Below, piece by piece: positions 35,648-45,586 of a DNA stretch of 54,429 nt (positions are counted from its first letter, which is position 1; each line of letters begins with the position of its first letter). The stretch is taken from the NCBI GenBank assembly GCA_049678285.1, contig JBAUDW010000018.1:1-54429 (forward strand), written 5' to 3'. The notes under the pieces were generated by a model. That model did no database searches. It was not told the origin of the DNA and was given only the letters and a program-made list of their open reading frames with translations. The stretch comes from Phycisphaerae bacterium (GTDB lineage: Bacteria > Planctomycetota > Phycisphaerae > FEN-1346). A program made the position numbers and the translations under genes.

Positions 35648-36727
35648 ATGAACAAGCGGCAAGTGGTGCGGGTGGTTATGGGACTCTTGGTCGCCCTGTG
35701 GGCGATGCCCGGGTCGGAAGCGTCAGCGGACGTGTCGGTCACCGACGCGATTCCAACTATCGTGGCGGGCGATCCGGACTACACGGCAGCTCCGGACTTG
35801 CCGGCCTATCGCGTGGACACGAACGACTCGACCTCCGCCTTCGCCGGCGTCGGCAGCCTCGAGATCTCCTATAACAGCAACACGTACACCTGCTCGGGCA
35901 CGCTCATCAGCCCTTGGCACGTCCTGACGGCTGGTCACGCCGTCGATGTGGCCGGCGACGATGGCGTGGTCGACGTTTTGCCCGGGAACGTCACGTTCCA
36001 TCTGAACGCCAGCGGCGACAACTCGAGCAACATCACGGCCAAGAAGATCACGATTCACCCCGATTTCAAGGGGTTCGCCAACCCCGCCGTCAACGACGAC
36101 CTGGCCATCATCACCCTTTCGGAGGCGGCCCCCGCTGGCGTGCCGATCTACGACCTTTACACGCTGCCCGTCACGGCGGCCACGACGCTGACGCTCGTCG
36201 GCTACGGCAGGTCGGGCGACGGTCGCAACGGGTTTTCGACGGGAGCGAGTTACACCGTCAAGCGCACTGGCCAGAACGCTGCCGACTGGTTCGTCATCAA
36301 TGATGAGGATGCCGCGCCGGGGCCGTACAATGACTTCACGGGCGACGATAATCCCGCGGGCACCTTCAACGAGGTGTTCTTCTTCGACTTCGATGCCCCG
36401 CCCGGGTACCTCGATAACGATGACCAGCCGGTGGACGGCATCTGCGGCGGGAACAGCCTCGGAAACCTGGTGGAAACCACCGTCGGCGGCGGCGACTCCG
36501 GCGGGCCGTCTTTCATCTACGACGGCAGCGAGTATCTCATCGCCGGCGTCAACACCTTCGGTTATAAGCCGCTGGCACTGCCGAGTTACGCCCTGTTCGG
36601 CAGCGGAGGCGGCGGGATGCTCGTCCCCGCCTATGCGGACTGGATCAATTCCGTGATCCCCGAGCCGGCTACCGTCGGACTGCTTCTCTTAGGCGGCCTC
36701 TTCATTCTGCGCCGGCGCACGGCGTAG
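35648..36727 (+). CDS. trypsin-like (S1) serine protease with PEP-CTERM sorting signal
   Basis: I prefer ATG 35648 (GGGAG upstream; signal MNKRQVVRVVMGLLVALWAMPGSEASA). TCSGTLISPWHVLTAGHAV (His), NDDLAII (Asp), GGGDSGGPSF (Ser). C-terminus VIPEPATVGLLLLGGLFILRRRTA. Confidence 0.85.
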   Translation: MNKRQVVRVVMGLLVALWAMPGSEASADVSVTDAIPTIVAGDPDYTAAPDLPAYRVDTNDSTSAFAGVGSLEISYNSNTYTCSGTLISPWHVLTAGHAVDVAGDDGVVDVLPGNVTFHLNASGDNSSNITAKKITIHPDFKGFANPAVNDDLAIITLSEAAPAGVPIYDLYTLPVTAATTLTLVGYGRSGDGRNGFSTGASYTVKRTGQNAADWFVINDEDAAPGPYNDFTGDDNPAGTFNEVFFFDFDAPPGYLDNDDQPVDGICGGNSLGNLVETTVGGGDSGGPSFIYDGSEYLIAGVNTFGYKPLALPSYALFGSGGGGMLVPAYADWINSVIPEPATVGLLLLGGLFILRRRTA

Positions 36728-36879
36728 GGAGGGAGACCATCGCCGCTCGCTTCCTATGCCTCAAGCGGCCCTCTCATCGGACGGTCTTCACTTGACCCGG
36801 CTGCGCCCCTCAGGATACCCTGTCTTGGCAGAGAGTGCGGGCGAGTGGCGGAACTGGCAGACGCTAGGGACTTAAAATC
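36596..36879 (+). repeat. left copy of the direct repeat (protease 3' end, intergenic region, tRNA-Leu(UAA) 5' half)
   Basis: About 4 mismatches over the first ~135 nt against 51261-51395. The intergenic part is related, but the right copy carries an extra ~58 nt. The last 41 nt differ from the tRNA 5' half at 1 position. Confidence 0.8.
36839..36879 (+). pseudogene. truncated tRNA-Leu(UAA) 5' half
   Basis: GGGCGAGTGGCGGAACTGGCAGACGCTAGGGACTTAAAATC matches 51562-51602 except for 1 nt. Similarity ends 2 nt past the anticodon loop and no 3' half follows. Confidence 0.8.
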
Positions 36880-37433
36880 GCATACATCCAGATGAGTGAG
36901 ACAGAGCAGGGGCGCGCCAACGTGAGCCAAGACGCCGAAATCGCCCCTTTTCTCTCGGCGTTTGCATATGGTCCTGTGTGACGGCGCGCCAGTTTGTGCG
37001 GTGCGCGCAGCCGAATTCCTGCCCAACTTTCCGGCTGCCGGAGGCGTGGGCCAAGGTGCAGATCGTGGCGATGGTCAAGCCCGCCGATGGACGCCGCCAA
37101 TAGACTAGTAAAGAGGGGGCGAGAAGGTCACCCCGCCCCTAGTGACCTTTCGTAGTCTTTGCGCGAGGCCGAGCCCCCACCCATCTGGAGAAAACGCTCG
37201 GCCCCGAAGCCACAATCCCGCCCGATTGATGTAAGTCGCTAGAAGCAAGGGACTGATGCACGCGAGGTCCTGGAGGTAGGCATGGCCCCAGGGCGGTGGC
37301 CTGCCTTGTACAAAGTATCCTCCTCGGTTATTTGCGTATTTTCTGGTATTCGGCTTTACAGGATCGTGTCTGTGCGGATTTTAGGCATGGATTGTCGGGG
37401 CCGTGTTAGGCGTTTGATGGCGCATGGGGACAA

Positions 37434-37461
37434 GCTAACTCTACCACTGAGTTACGCCCGC
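37434..37461 (-). pseudogene. tRNA-like 5' fragment (acceptor plus D arm only)
   Basis: The minus strand reads GCGGGCG-TA-ACTC-AGTGGTA-GAGT-TAGC. The downstream sequence cannot form an anticodon stem, and no matching 3' acceptor strand is nearby. Confidence 0.35.
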
Positions 37462-37555
37462 CTCATCATCCCTGTCATTATGGGGAGGGAGCCTCGGCTG
37501 TCAACGGCATTCCGCCGGCGGGTAGCGGGGAGCGGGGGGTCGGCATTCTGTGCGT

Positions 37556-37574
37556 GGAAAAAAACTTTTTTTCC
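37556..37574. repeat. perfect A7/T7 palindrome GGAAAAAAACTTTTTTTCC
   Basis: Read directly from the sequence. Lies about 140 nt upstream of the moxR-like start. Confidence 0.7.
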
Positions 37575-37715
37575 CGCCACCACCGCACCAGTGATGGGTT
37601 GAAGGGATGGATAACGACGACAACCGGTCGGCGGGCGGGGGTCGCGGAACGGCCTTCACCCCGCCGCCAATGCAAGCGGGCTTCGCCCGAGCGAAGTCCA
37701 GCAGGAGACAAGCCT

Positions 37716-38780
37716 ATGGCCGAGCCAGCCAAATCCCGCAGCAGCGACCCGAAGGACGCCGCACGCATCAGCCAGACCGACGACATCGAGGCCGTCAAGG
37801 CGCTCAATAGCGCGTACCGGAAAATGTCCGACCAACTGAGCCGTATCATCGTCGGCCAGAAGGAGGTCCTTGACCAGATTCTGGTGGCGATCTTCTGCCG
37901 GGGCCACGCGCGCCTCGTTGGCGTGCCGGGCCTGGCGAAAACGTTGATGATCAGCACGTTCGCGCGGCTGCTGGACCTGACGTTCAAGCGGATCCAGTTC
38001 ACGCCCGACCTGATGCCCAGCGACATCACCGGGACGGACGTGCTGGAGGAAGACCGGACGACGGGCCGGCGTATCTTCCGTTTTATTCACGGCCCGGTGT
38101 TCGCGAACATGGTCCTGGCGGACGAGATCAACCGGACGCCGCCGAAGACCCAGGCCTCGCTGCTGGAGGCCATGCAGGAGCGGATGGTGACGGTGGGCGA
38201 GCAGAACTACCCCCTGCCCGACCCGTTCTTTGTGCTGGCCACCCAGAACCCGATTGAGCAGGAAGGCACGTACCCCCTGCCGGAGGCCCAACTCGACCGC
38301 TTCATGTTCGACATCAAGGTGGACTACCCGAGCGCAGAGGAGGAGACGGCCATCATCAAGCAGGTGACGGGCACGTACGAGGCGGACCTGGAGACGGTCC
38401 TGACGGGGGCGGACATTCTCCGGCTCCAGAGCATCGTGCGGCGGGTGCCCGTGGCCGACCATGTGGTCATCTATGCCCGCGACCTGGCGCGGGCGAGCCG
38501 GCCCACGAACGCCGACTCCCCGGGATTCATCAAGGAACTGGTCCACTGGGGCGCCGGACCCCGCGCGGGCATCTACCTGATTCTGGCCGCCAAGGCGCGG
38601 GCGATCCTGCACGGCCGGTACCACGCGACGACCGAGGACGTCCGGGCCGTCGCTCCGCCGGTCCTTCGGCACCGGGTCCTCACGACGTTCAACGCCGAGG
38701 CGGCGGGCATCACCGCCGACCAGGTGGTGGAGCGACTGCTGGCCGAGGTCAAGCCGCGTGTCGAACAGGCCATCGCCTAG
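37716..38780 (+). CDS. moxR: MoxR-family AAA+ ATPase
   Basis: I prefer ATG 37716 (AGGAG 8 nt upstream). [12 protein letters not shown] (Walker A), [14 protein letters not shown] (Walker B), and the conserved MoxR C-terminal region. Confidence 0.9.
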   Translation: MAEPAKSRSSDPKDAARISQTDDIEAVKALNSAYRKMSDQLSRIIVGQKEVLDQILVAIFCRGHARLVGVPGLAKTLMISTFARLLDLTFKRIQFTPDLMPSDITGTDVLEEDRTTGRRIFRFIHGPVFANMVLADEINRTPPKTQASLLEAMQERMVTVGEQNYPLPDPFFVLATQNPIEQEGTYPLPEAQLDRFMFDIKVDYPSAEEETAIIKQVTGTYEADLETVLTGADILRLQSIVRRVPVADHVVIYARDLARASRPTNADSPGFIKELVHWGAGPRAGIYLILAAKARAILHGRYHATTEDVRAVAPPVLRHRVLTTFNAEAAGITADQVVERLLAEVKPRVEQAIA

Positions 38781-38832
38781 ACTCCGGGCCCCGTGCCGCC
38801 AAGCATCCGTGAAAAGGGAGTGAGCGAACCCC

Positions 38833-39777
38833 ATGGCCGTTGAGCGCGTTGCCCAACCATCCTACATGCGGTTGCTGGACCCCGAAGCGCTGGGCAAGAT
38901 CCACCGCCTGGAGTTGATTGCGCGCGGGCTGGTGGAGGGCTTTTTCTCGGGGCGACACCGCAGCCCGTACAAGGGCTTCAGCATCGAGTTCTCGGAGCAC
39001 CGCCAGTACGTAGCCGGCGACGACATCCGCGACCTCGACTGGCGCGTGTACGCCAAAAGCGACCGCTACTACATTAAGCAGTACATCGAGGAGACGAACC
39101 TGCGGGTGGTGATCCTGCTGGACGCCTCCGGCTCGATGAAGTACACGGGGGAGGAGGCGGCGCGGCACGACGGGCGAAGGCTATCGAAGTTCGAGTACGG
39201 CCAGTTTCTGGCCGCGTCATTGGCGCACCTGATGATCCATCAGCAGGACGCGGCCGGCCTGGTCACCTTCGACACGCGCATCCGGCGATACATTCCGTCG
39301 CGCAGCCGGGTCAACCACCTGCGATTCCTGCTGAGCGAACTCGCCGCCACCCAGCCGGGCAACGAGACGGCCGTCGCGCCGATCTTCCACGACATCGCCG
39401 AACGCATCCACCGCCGCGGCCTGATTATCGTGATCTCGGACCTCTTCGACAACGCCGAGGAGATCCTCCAGGCCCTCCACCACTTCCGGTACCGCAAGCA
39501 CGAGGTCCTCGTGCTGCACGTGATGGCGGAGGAGGAGTTGACGTTCCCGTTCGACCGCTGGAGCCTGTTTCGGGACCTGGAGTTCGACGAGCGGCGGGTT
39601 CAACTGGACCCGCGGTCGGTGCGGGCGGCCTACCTGGAAAAGGTCGGCGACTTCCTCCGCCAGCTTGAAGCCGGCTGCGGTCAGATGGACATTGACTACG
39701 TGCCGCTCTCCACCAAACGGTCCTTTGACGCAGCCTTGGGCATGTACCTGGCTCAGCGAAGGCGTCGAAAGAAATGA
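38833..39777 (+). CDS. DUF58 (VWA-like) protein
   Basis: GRHRSPYKGFSIEFSEHRQYVAGDDIRDLDWRVYAKSDRYYIKQY and VILLDASGSM are the typical DUF58 partner of MoxR. Confidence 0.85.
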   Translation: MAVERVAQPSYMRLLDPEALGKIHRLELIARGLVEGFFSGRHRSPYKGFSIEFSEHRQYVAGDDIRDLDWRVYAKSDRYYIKQYIEETNLRVVILLDASGSMKYTGEEAARHDGRRLSKFEYGQFLAASLAHLMIHQQDAAGLVTFDTRIRRYIPSRSRVNHLRFLLSELAATQPGNETAVAPIFHDIAERIHRRGLIIVISDLFDNAEEILQALHHFRYRKHEVLVLHVMAEEELTFPFDRWSLFRDLEFDERRVQLDPRSVRAAYLEKVGDFLRQLEAGCGQMDIDYVPLSTKRSFDAALGMYLAQRRRRKK

Positions 39778-42335
39778 TCTTCTGGGCCCCCATCATGCTG
39801 GCGGGGCTGGCCGCCGTCGCCATCCCCATCCTCATCCACCTGCTGAACCGCCAGCGCGCCACCATCGTGGACTGGGGCGCCATGCGGTTCCTCCTGGACT
39901 CCCTCACCAGCCGCAAACGCCGCATCCTCATCGAGGAAATCATCCTGTTGGCCTTGCGGTGCCTGGCGATGGCGTTGGTGGCCCTGGCAATGGCTCGCCC
40001 GTTCATTCCCAGCCGCACCACCATCCCCTGGGTCATCGTCCTGCCGGCGATTCTATCGGCAGCGATGTGCGCCGGCGTCGGCATAGCAATGCGCAGCCAC
40101 CGCCTTGCAGGCCGGATCCTCCTCGGCGCCGCCGGGGCCCTGGTGGCCTTGGCGCTCATCACCTCCGCCGTCGAGCATTTTCTCCAGACGCGCCACTGGT
40201 CCCTGAGCGGCGGCGAGAAAGACGTCGCCATCATAGTGGACGGCTCGCGCTCGATGACCCTGACGCTGGACGGCCAGACGAACTTCCAGCGGGCCATCGA
40301 AGAGGCCCAGGCCACCCTCGCCGTCTGCGAACCAGGCGACGGCGTGGCTCTTTTCGTGGCCGGCTCCGTGCCTCGACCCATCATCCAGAAGCCCACGGCC
40401 GACCATAAGGCCGTCGAAGCCGCCTTGGCCGGGCTCGCGCCGACGGGAGGCACAATGAAAGTGCCTGAAGCCCTCGACGCTGCCGTCACCGCCCTGAAGG
40501 AAGGCTCCAACCCCGCGAAGATGATCGTCCTGGTGACGGACGGCCAGGCGCTCGGATGGAACGTGGAGAACGAGGCGCGGTGGCGCTTCCTCGCCGACGA
40601 TGCCAAGAAGTTCCCCACCCCCTTGCGCTTCTTCTGCCGGACCCTCAAACTCCCCGGAACCTTCCACAATGCGACCCTGGCCGACCTGGCGTTCTCCCGC
40701 CCCGTTGTGGGAACCGACCGGCCCGTGAGCATCGCGGTCAAAATCACCAACTCCGGGACCGTCCGCGTCGACCCGTCGGGCGTCAACCTGTCGGTGGACG
40801 GCGAGGCGGTGGGGCGCCAGCCTATCGCCCCGATCCCTCCCGGTGCCGAGGAGGCAGTCCGCTTCGAGCACCGTTTCCGGACGCCCGGCCCGCACGTCGT
40901 CTCCGCCCAGGTTGTCTGTGAGGACGACCTGCCCGGCGACAACAGCGACACCCGCGTCCTGGAGGTCCTGGACGTGCTAAAAGTCCTCGTCGTGGACGGC
41001 GCCCCGTCGCCTTTGCCGCTCGAAGGCGCCTCGGCTTTCGTTGACATTGCGCTGACACCCGGCACGGCAGGCGAAGAGCCCGCCGCCCCCGCCGGGGAAA
41101 CCGACGAGGCCCAGGAACCGGCGCTCGTGGGGCACCTTGTCCTGCCGACGGTGCTCGCGGCCCCGGACATCTCGCGCGCCGGGAACTTGAAGGATTACTC
41201 CCTGGTCATCCTGGCGAACGTACCGATGCTGCCCAAGGACTTTGCCGACAACCTTGCCCAGTTTGTCCAGGAGGGAGGCGGGTTGCTCATCGCCCCCGGC
41301 GATCGTGCGGACGCCGCCTTCTACAACGCCTGGACCGCGCCGGGCGGCGGACCCGTCATGCCCGCGGGACTGGTCACCCGAGAGGCTCGGACCGACGAGC
41401 CCGCGCGCCTGGCTCTGAAGACGCTGACGCATCCGGCGCTGGCCGTCATCGCCAACAGCACCCAGTCCGACGCCGACAAAGCCCTCGTCAGCGCCTGGTG
41501 GCGTCTGAGAGCCCAGGAGAAAGATCCCGCGATCCGGGTCGGTGGTTTCCTGGACACCAATGACGCCGTTCTCGTTGAGCGGAAGGTCGCCAAAGGCTTG
41601 GTGCTGGCAACGGCGATGGCGCTGGACCGGCAGGACTCGAACCTGCCGTCGCTTAAGTGTTTTGTCCCCCTGGTCCACGAGATGGCCTACTACCTGGCGG
41701 CGCCGAGCGTCGTTCAGCGGAACATTCCGGCAGGAACCGATGTGGTGCTGGACCTGGCGCCCAAGCCGGGCACTCCCGCCGCCCCCGCCGGCTCGTTCGC
41801 GGTTGACGTTCAGACGCCCGGCGGGACGACGGCCCAGGCCGAGGCCACGGTCGAGGCCGGCCGCCTCCGCCTTCGCTACACCGCCACCTATGAGCCAGGG
41901 CTCTACCGTCTCCTCTTGCCGGACACGGCCGCCAAGCCGTTCGCCATCCACCTCGCGCCGGGGGGCGGGGTCCCCTTTGTCATGCTCGGCGAGCCGGAGG
42001 AGAGCCGCCTCGCCGCCCTGACCGACATGAACTTCGAGGAGGTGCGGAAGCACCTGGAGATGTTTCGGGCACGGACGACAGACGAACTGACGACGGCCGT
42101 GACCGGCGGCATCCCGGGTGAGGAACTCTGGAAATACCTGGCCGTCGCCCTCCTACTGGGGCTGGTGGCCGAGAACGGCCTGACGCGATGGATCGCGTCG
42201 CGCCGCAAGTACCACTCGGACGCGACCGTTCGTTTCGGCGGGCAGTTCACCGACATGCAGACGTTCCGTCAGCACGCGCAGGAGATCCTGAGCCCATCGG
42301 CCCCCAAGGCGGAGGCGACCGCGAAACCCCGATGA
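39774..42335 (+). CDS. BatA-N-terminal-domain / VWA membrane protein
   Basis: FWAPIMLAGLAAVAIPILIHLLNRQR is the aerotolerance-regulator N-terminal double-TM motif. VAIIVDGSRSM is a VWA MIDAS-like site. ATGA overlap with DUF58. Confidence 0.8.
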   Translation: MIFWAPIMLAGLAAVAIPILIHLLNRQRATIVDWGAMRFLLDSLTSRKRRILIEEIILLALRCLAMALVALAMARPFIPSRTTIPWVIVLPAILSAAMCAGVGIAMRSHRLAGRILLGAAGALVALALITSAVEHFLQTRHWSLSGGEKDVAIIVDGSRSMTLTLDGQTNFQRAIEEAQATLAVCEPGDGVALFVAGSVPRPIIQKPTADHKAVEAALAGLAPTGGTMKVPEALDAAVTALKEGSNPAKMIVLVTDGQALGWNVENEARWRFLADDAKKFPTPLRFFCRTLKLPGTFHNATLADLAFSRPVVGTDRPVSIAVKITNSGTVRVDPSGVNLSVDGEAVGRQPIAPIPPGAEEAVRFEHRFRTPGPHVVSAQVVCEDDLPGDNSDTRVLEVLDVLKVLVVDGAPSPLPLEGASAFVDIALTPGTAGEEPAAPAGETDEAQEPALVGHLVLPTVLAAPDISRAGNLKDYSLVILANVPMLPKDFADNLAQFVQEGGGLLIAPGDRADAAFYNAWTAPGGGPVMPAGLVTREARTDEPARLALKTLTHPALAVIANSTQSDADKALVSAWWRLRAQEKDPAIRVGGFLDTNDAVLVERKVAKGLVLATAMALDRQDSNLPSLKCFVPLVHEMAYYLAAPSVVQRNIPAGTDVVLDLAPKPGTPAAPAGSFAVDVQTPGGTTAQAEATVEAGRLRLRYTATYEPGLYRLLLPDTAAKPFAIHLAPGGGVPFVMLGEPEESRLAALTDMNFEEVRKHLEMFRARTTDELTTAVTGGIPGEELWKYLAVALLLGLVAENGLTRWIASRRKYHSDATVRFGGQFTDMQTFRQHAQEILSPSAPKAEATAKPR

Positions 42336-45300
42336 TCCTCGCGATCCAGAAACATTACATCCTTCCGCCCAGCGTCCCCACGGCCGTGGTGATCCTGATG
42401 GCCGTGGCCGGCGTCGTCGCCTGGGTCGGCCTGCACCGCCTCAAGCGGCGGGCCGCAGGCCGGCAGATGCAAATCGCCCTGATGGCGGCCGGCGCCCTCG
42501 TCGGGTTCCTCGCCCTCTTGGCCGTCGCCCAGGTCCTCCTGCGGGTTATCGTCCTGGCGACCAACTGGTCTATTTGGCCGGTGGCTCTGCTGGGCGCCCT
42601 GGCCGTGGAGGTTATCCTCGGCCTGTTCGATCTGGAACGGCGGACGGTATCGCGCGGCAAGGCGCTCGCCCTCGGGGTCCTGCGGGTCGGGCTGGTCGTC
42701 CTCGTCATCCTGATGCTCACGCAGCCGGTATGGCAATGGGAAAAGGAGCGGCGCGAGGAACGCTTCGTCGCCGTCCTGGTGGATGCCAGCGCCTCGATGG
42801 ACGTGCCGGACACGCAGATGACCCCTGACGAGAAGGTCGCCTTGGCGAATCTGCTGGGGGCAGCGGGCCCGGACGGGATGGACCGCCTAGACAAGGTTGC
42901 AACGCAGCTTCGGCAGGTGAGAGAACTGCTGGCAACCCAGGCGGAGTGGCTTGCGTCGCTCGCGCAGGCCGACCCGAGCACCCGTGCCGCCAAACTGGCC
43001 GACCACCGCGAGACCCTCCAGACCATGCTGCGCGAAGCCGCTGCCGCCGTCGAGCAGCAGACGGCCGCCCTTGCGGCCGCTACCACCGGCAGCGTGACAC
43101 TAAAACCGGAAACCGCCGCCGCCGTCGCAAATCTGAAGAAGCGGCTCACAGATGACGTTCAGGGGAAGCTAACGGAGGCCGTTCAGACCCTCACCCAGCC
43201 GAACGACCAGGCCTTGGCGGGGGCGTACGACAGCCTGCAGAAGTCGGTCGGCGGCGCCGCGGCCGCCTTGGCGGAGGTTCTCCCGGCCGTGGACGACGCC
43301 GCCCACGCCCTCGACGAACTGCTCTACGCCGCACTCTCGCCCGAGGACCGGGCGCGCGTGGACGCCGTCGCCACCCGGACGCGTGCCGACCTGGCGCGTG
43401 ACCTCCTGCTCGGGGCCTCGGTGAAGGCGCCCGGTTCGCGTGCCGCCGAACCGCTGCTCTCGGCCTTGGCCGGGAAGTACACCGTCGCCCTCTACACGTT
43501 CGCCTCAAAGCCCACGAAGGTGGACCGCGAGGCGTATGCTCGGTCGGCTGCGCCGGGCGAGTCGCCCGCGGCCCCGAACGCAGCGGCGTCCCCGGCCGAG
43601 GAACCTGCTTCGGCCGAGCAGGCCGCCACCCTCCTGGACGAGCACCTGCAGACAAACATCGCCGCCGCCCTCGAAAAGGTGACGACAGACCTGGCCGGTT
43701 TAGACCTGGCGGGGGTGGTCCTGGTAAGCGACGGCCGGCACAACACGGCCTCTCCGGTCGAGCCGCTCGCCAAGCAACTGGGCCTCCAGCACGCCCCCGT
43801 CTGCCCGATCGTCATGGGCAGCCGCAATCCCCCCATTGACGCCAGCATTCTGGCGCTCGAGGCCCCCGACACCGTCACGACCAAAGACAAGGTCCTCGTC
43901 GCCGCAGAAGTGAAACTCGACGGCCTGGCGGGACACGATGCCAAGGTGACCCTCTGGGACGGCGACAAGGCTGTGGACTCCAAGGACATCCGCGTGGCGG
44001 TGGACTCGCTGCGGACGCGCGTCGAGTTGGCGGACCAGCCCGGCACGGCGGGCCTCCACGCGTACCGCGTTGAGATCGCTCCGCTCCCCAAAGAGGTCCT
44101 CACGACCAACAACTCCTTCCCCGCCACGGTGAGCGTGACGGACGACCGGACGAAACTGCTGCTGGTTGAAGGTTGGCCGCGGTGGGAGTTCCGCTACATC
44201 AAAAACCTGTTCGAGACGCGCGACTCGTCGGTGAAGTTGCAGTATGTGCTGTTCCGGCCGGACCGGATCGCGGAGGTGCCCTCGCGTCCTGCAATGTCGG
44301 CGTCGGCCACCCGGCCGCCCGAGCTAAGCCAGGCCACCGCCCTGCCCGAGAACCAGGAGGAGTGGAACAAGTTCGACGTGATCATCCTGGGCGACGTGGC
44401 GCCGAGCATGCTCCCGGCCGAGGCCCAGGAAGCCATCACCCAGTTCGTAACCCAGCGCGGCGGGACGCTGGTGGTCGTCTCCGGGCCCAAGTTCATGCCA
44501 CACCATTACGGCAACACTCCCCTGGCCGAGATCCTCCCCGTGCGGTGCGACGCCAGCGACAGCATCTTCCTGGCGTCGCCGGAACGGGTGTTTCGCATCG
44601 GCCTGACGGTCGAAGGCCAGGCCCACACCATCCTGCGCGAGAAGGTGGACCCGACGGAGAACGTTCAGGTCTGGCAATCGTTCCCGCCGATCTTCTGGCG
44701 CCACGCCGTGACGGCGACGAAGCCCGGGGCGACCGTCCTCGCCTATGCCGTGCCGATCCCACCGCCTGATTTTCTCAAACCCGCCGCCTCCGAAGCGGGC
44801 GGCAATGCCCCCAAGGATGGGGACGAGGCCACGCTCCGCCGCCGCGAGGCCTTCGAGCGCGAGAACCCTCTCCTGGCGCTCCACAACGTCGCCGCCGGAC
44901 GTGTCCTGTTCCTCGGCTTCGACAGCACGTGGCGGCTGCGGTACGGCGTGGGCGACACGTACCACCACCGCCTCTGGGGCCAGATTCTGCGGTGGGCGAC
45001 GGCCAACAAGTTGCCGGCCGGCACCGACTTCGTCCGCATCGGGACCGACCGCACGCGCTACCCGACCGGCCAGCCGGTCCAAGTCCGCGCCAAGATCCTC
45101 CGGATCGACTACAGCCCGGTCCAGAGCGACACCGTGGCTGTCAAGATCCTTTCGCCTGATGGAAAAACCCTCCGCCACCCGTTAAAATACATAGAGAGTT
45201 CAAATGGCATGTACGAAGCGGAGGTCAAGGGCCTTCCAGGGGGGACGTACCGGGTGGAACTGGACGCCCCTGCCGCCCAGCCCATGCTCGCCTCCGAGGG

Positions 45301-45586
45301 TCTCCAGACCGTGTGGACGCAGTTCAGCGTGGACCCGGCGTTCCTGGTGGAGACGGCGGAACTGGCGCCGGACCGCGGCCTGATGAGCCAACTGGCCGCC
45401 TTGAGCCAGGGCATCGTCGCCGAGCCGGCCGATGCCGCACGCGTCCTCGACGCCCTCGGACCCGGAACGGTAGTAGAATATGAGCGGCACGAATACGTGT
45501 TGTGGAACTCCTGGCCCCTGTGGCTTGCGATGATCCTGCTGGCGTCCGCCGAATGGATCCTCCGAAAGAAAGTGGGCTTGACATGA
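42332..45586 (+). CDS. large membrane protein with VWA-like and GATase1-like domains
   Basis: ATG 42332 overlaps the upstream stop. N-terminal TM helices. FVAVLVDASASMDV. FDVIILGDVAPSMLPAEAQEAITQFVTQRGGTLVVVSG. Confidence 0.75.
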   Translation: MILAIQKHYILPPSVPTAVVILMAVAGVVAWVGLHRLKRRAAGRQMQIALMAAGALVGFLALLAVAQVLLRVIVLATNWSIWPVALLGALAVEVILGLFDLERRTVSRGKALALGVLRVGLVVLVILMLTQPVWQWEKERREERFVAVLVDASASMDVPDTQMTPDEKVALANLLGAAGPDGMDRLDKVATQLRQVRELLATQAEWLASLAQADPSTRAAKLADHRETLQTMLREAAAAVEQQTAALAAATTGSVTLKPETAAAVANLKKRLTDDVQGKLTEAVQTLTQPNDQALAGAYDSLQKSVGGAAAALAEVLPAVDDAAHALDELLYAALSPEDRARVDAVATRTRADLARDLLLGASVKAPGSRAAEPLLSALAGKYTVALYTFASKPTKVDREAYARSAAPGESPAAPNAAASPAEEPASAEQAATLLDEHLQTNIAAALEKVTTDLAGLDLAGVVLVSDGRHNTASPVEPLAKQLGLQHAPVCPIVMGSRNPPIDASILALEAPDTVTTKDKVLVAAEVKLDGLAGHDAKVTLWDGDKAVDSKDIRVAVDSLRTRVELADQPGTAGLHAYRVEIAPLPKEVLTTNNSFPATVSVTDDRTKLLLVEGWPRWEFRYIKNLFETRDSSVKLQYVLFRPDRIAEVPSRPAMSASATRPPELSQATALPENQEEWNKFDVIILGDVAPSMLPAEAQEAITQFVTQRGGTLVVVSGPKFMPHHYGNTPLAEILPVRCDASDSIFLASPERVFRIGLTVEGQAHTILREKVDPTENVQVWQSFPPIFWRHAVTATKPGATVLAYAVPIPPPDFLKPAASEAGGNAPKDGDEATLRRREAFERENPLLALHNVAAGRVLFLGFDSTWRLRYGVGDTYHHRLWGQILRWATANKLPAGTDFVRIGTDRTRYPTGQPVQVRAKILRIDYSPVQSDTVAVKILSPDGKTLRHPLKYIESSNGMYEAEVKGLPGGTYRVELDAPAAQPMLASEGLQTVWTQFSVDPAFLVETAELAPDRGLMSQLAALSQGIVAEPADAARVLDALGPGTVVEYERHEYVLWNSWPLWLAMILLASAEWILRKKVGLT

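Noticed and set aside
36754-37100. Short minus-strand ORFs (90, 78 and 68 aa) after the truncated tRNA
   Set aside because: They are mutually overlapping frames with no RBS or protein-like composition. The region is treated as a non-coding scar.
37656-38834. 392-aa minus-strand ORF
   Set aside because: It is antisense to the MoxR ATPase gene, which has Walker A and B motifs, and its translation is Arg/Gly/Val-rich with no motifs.
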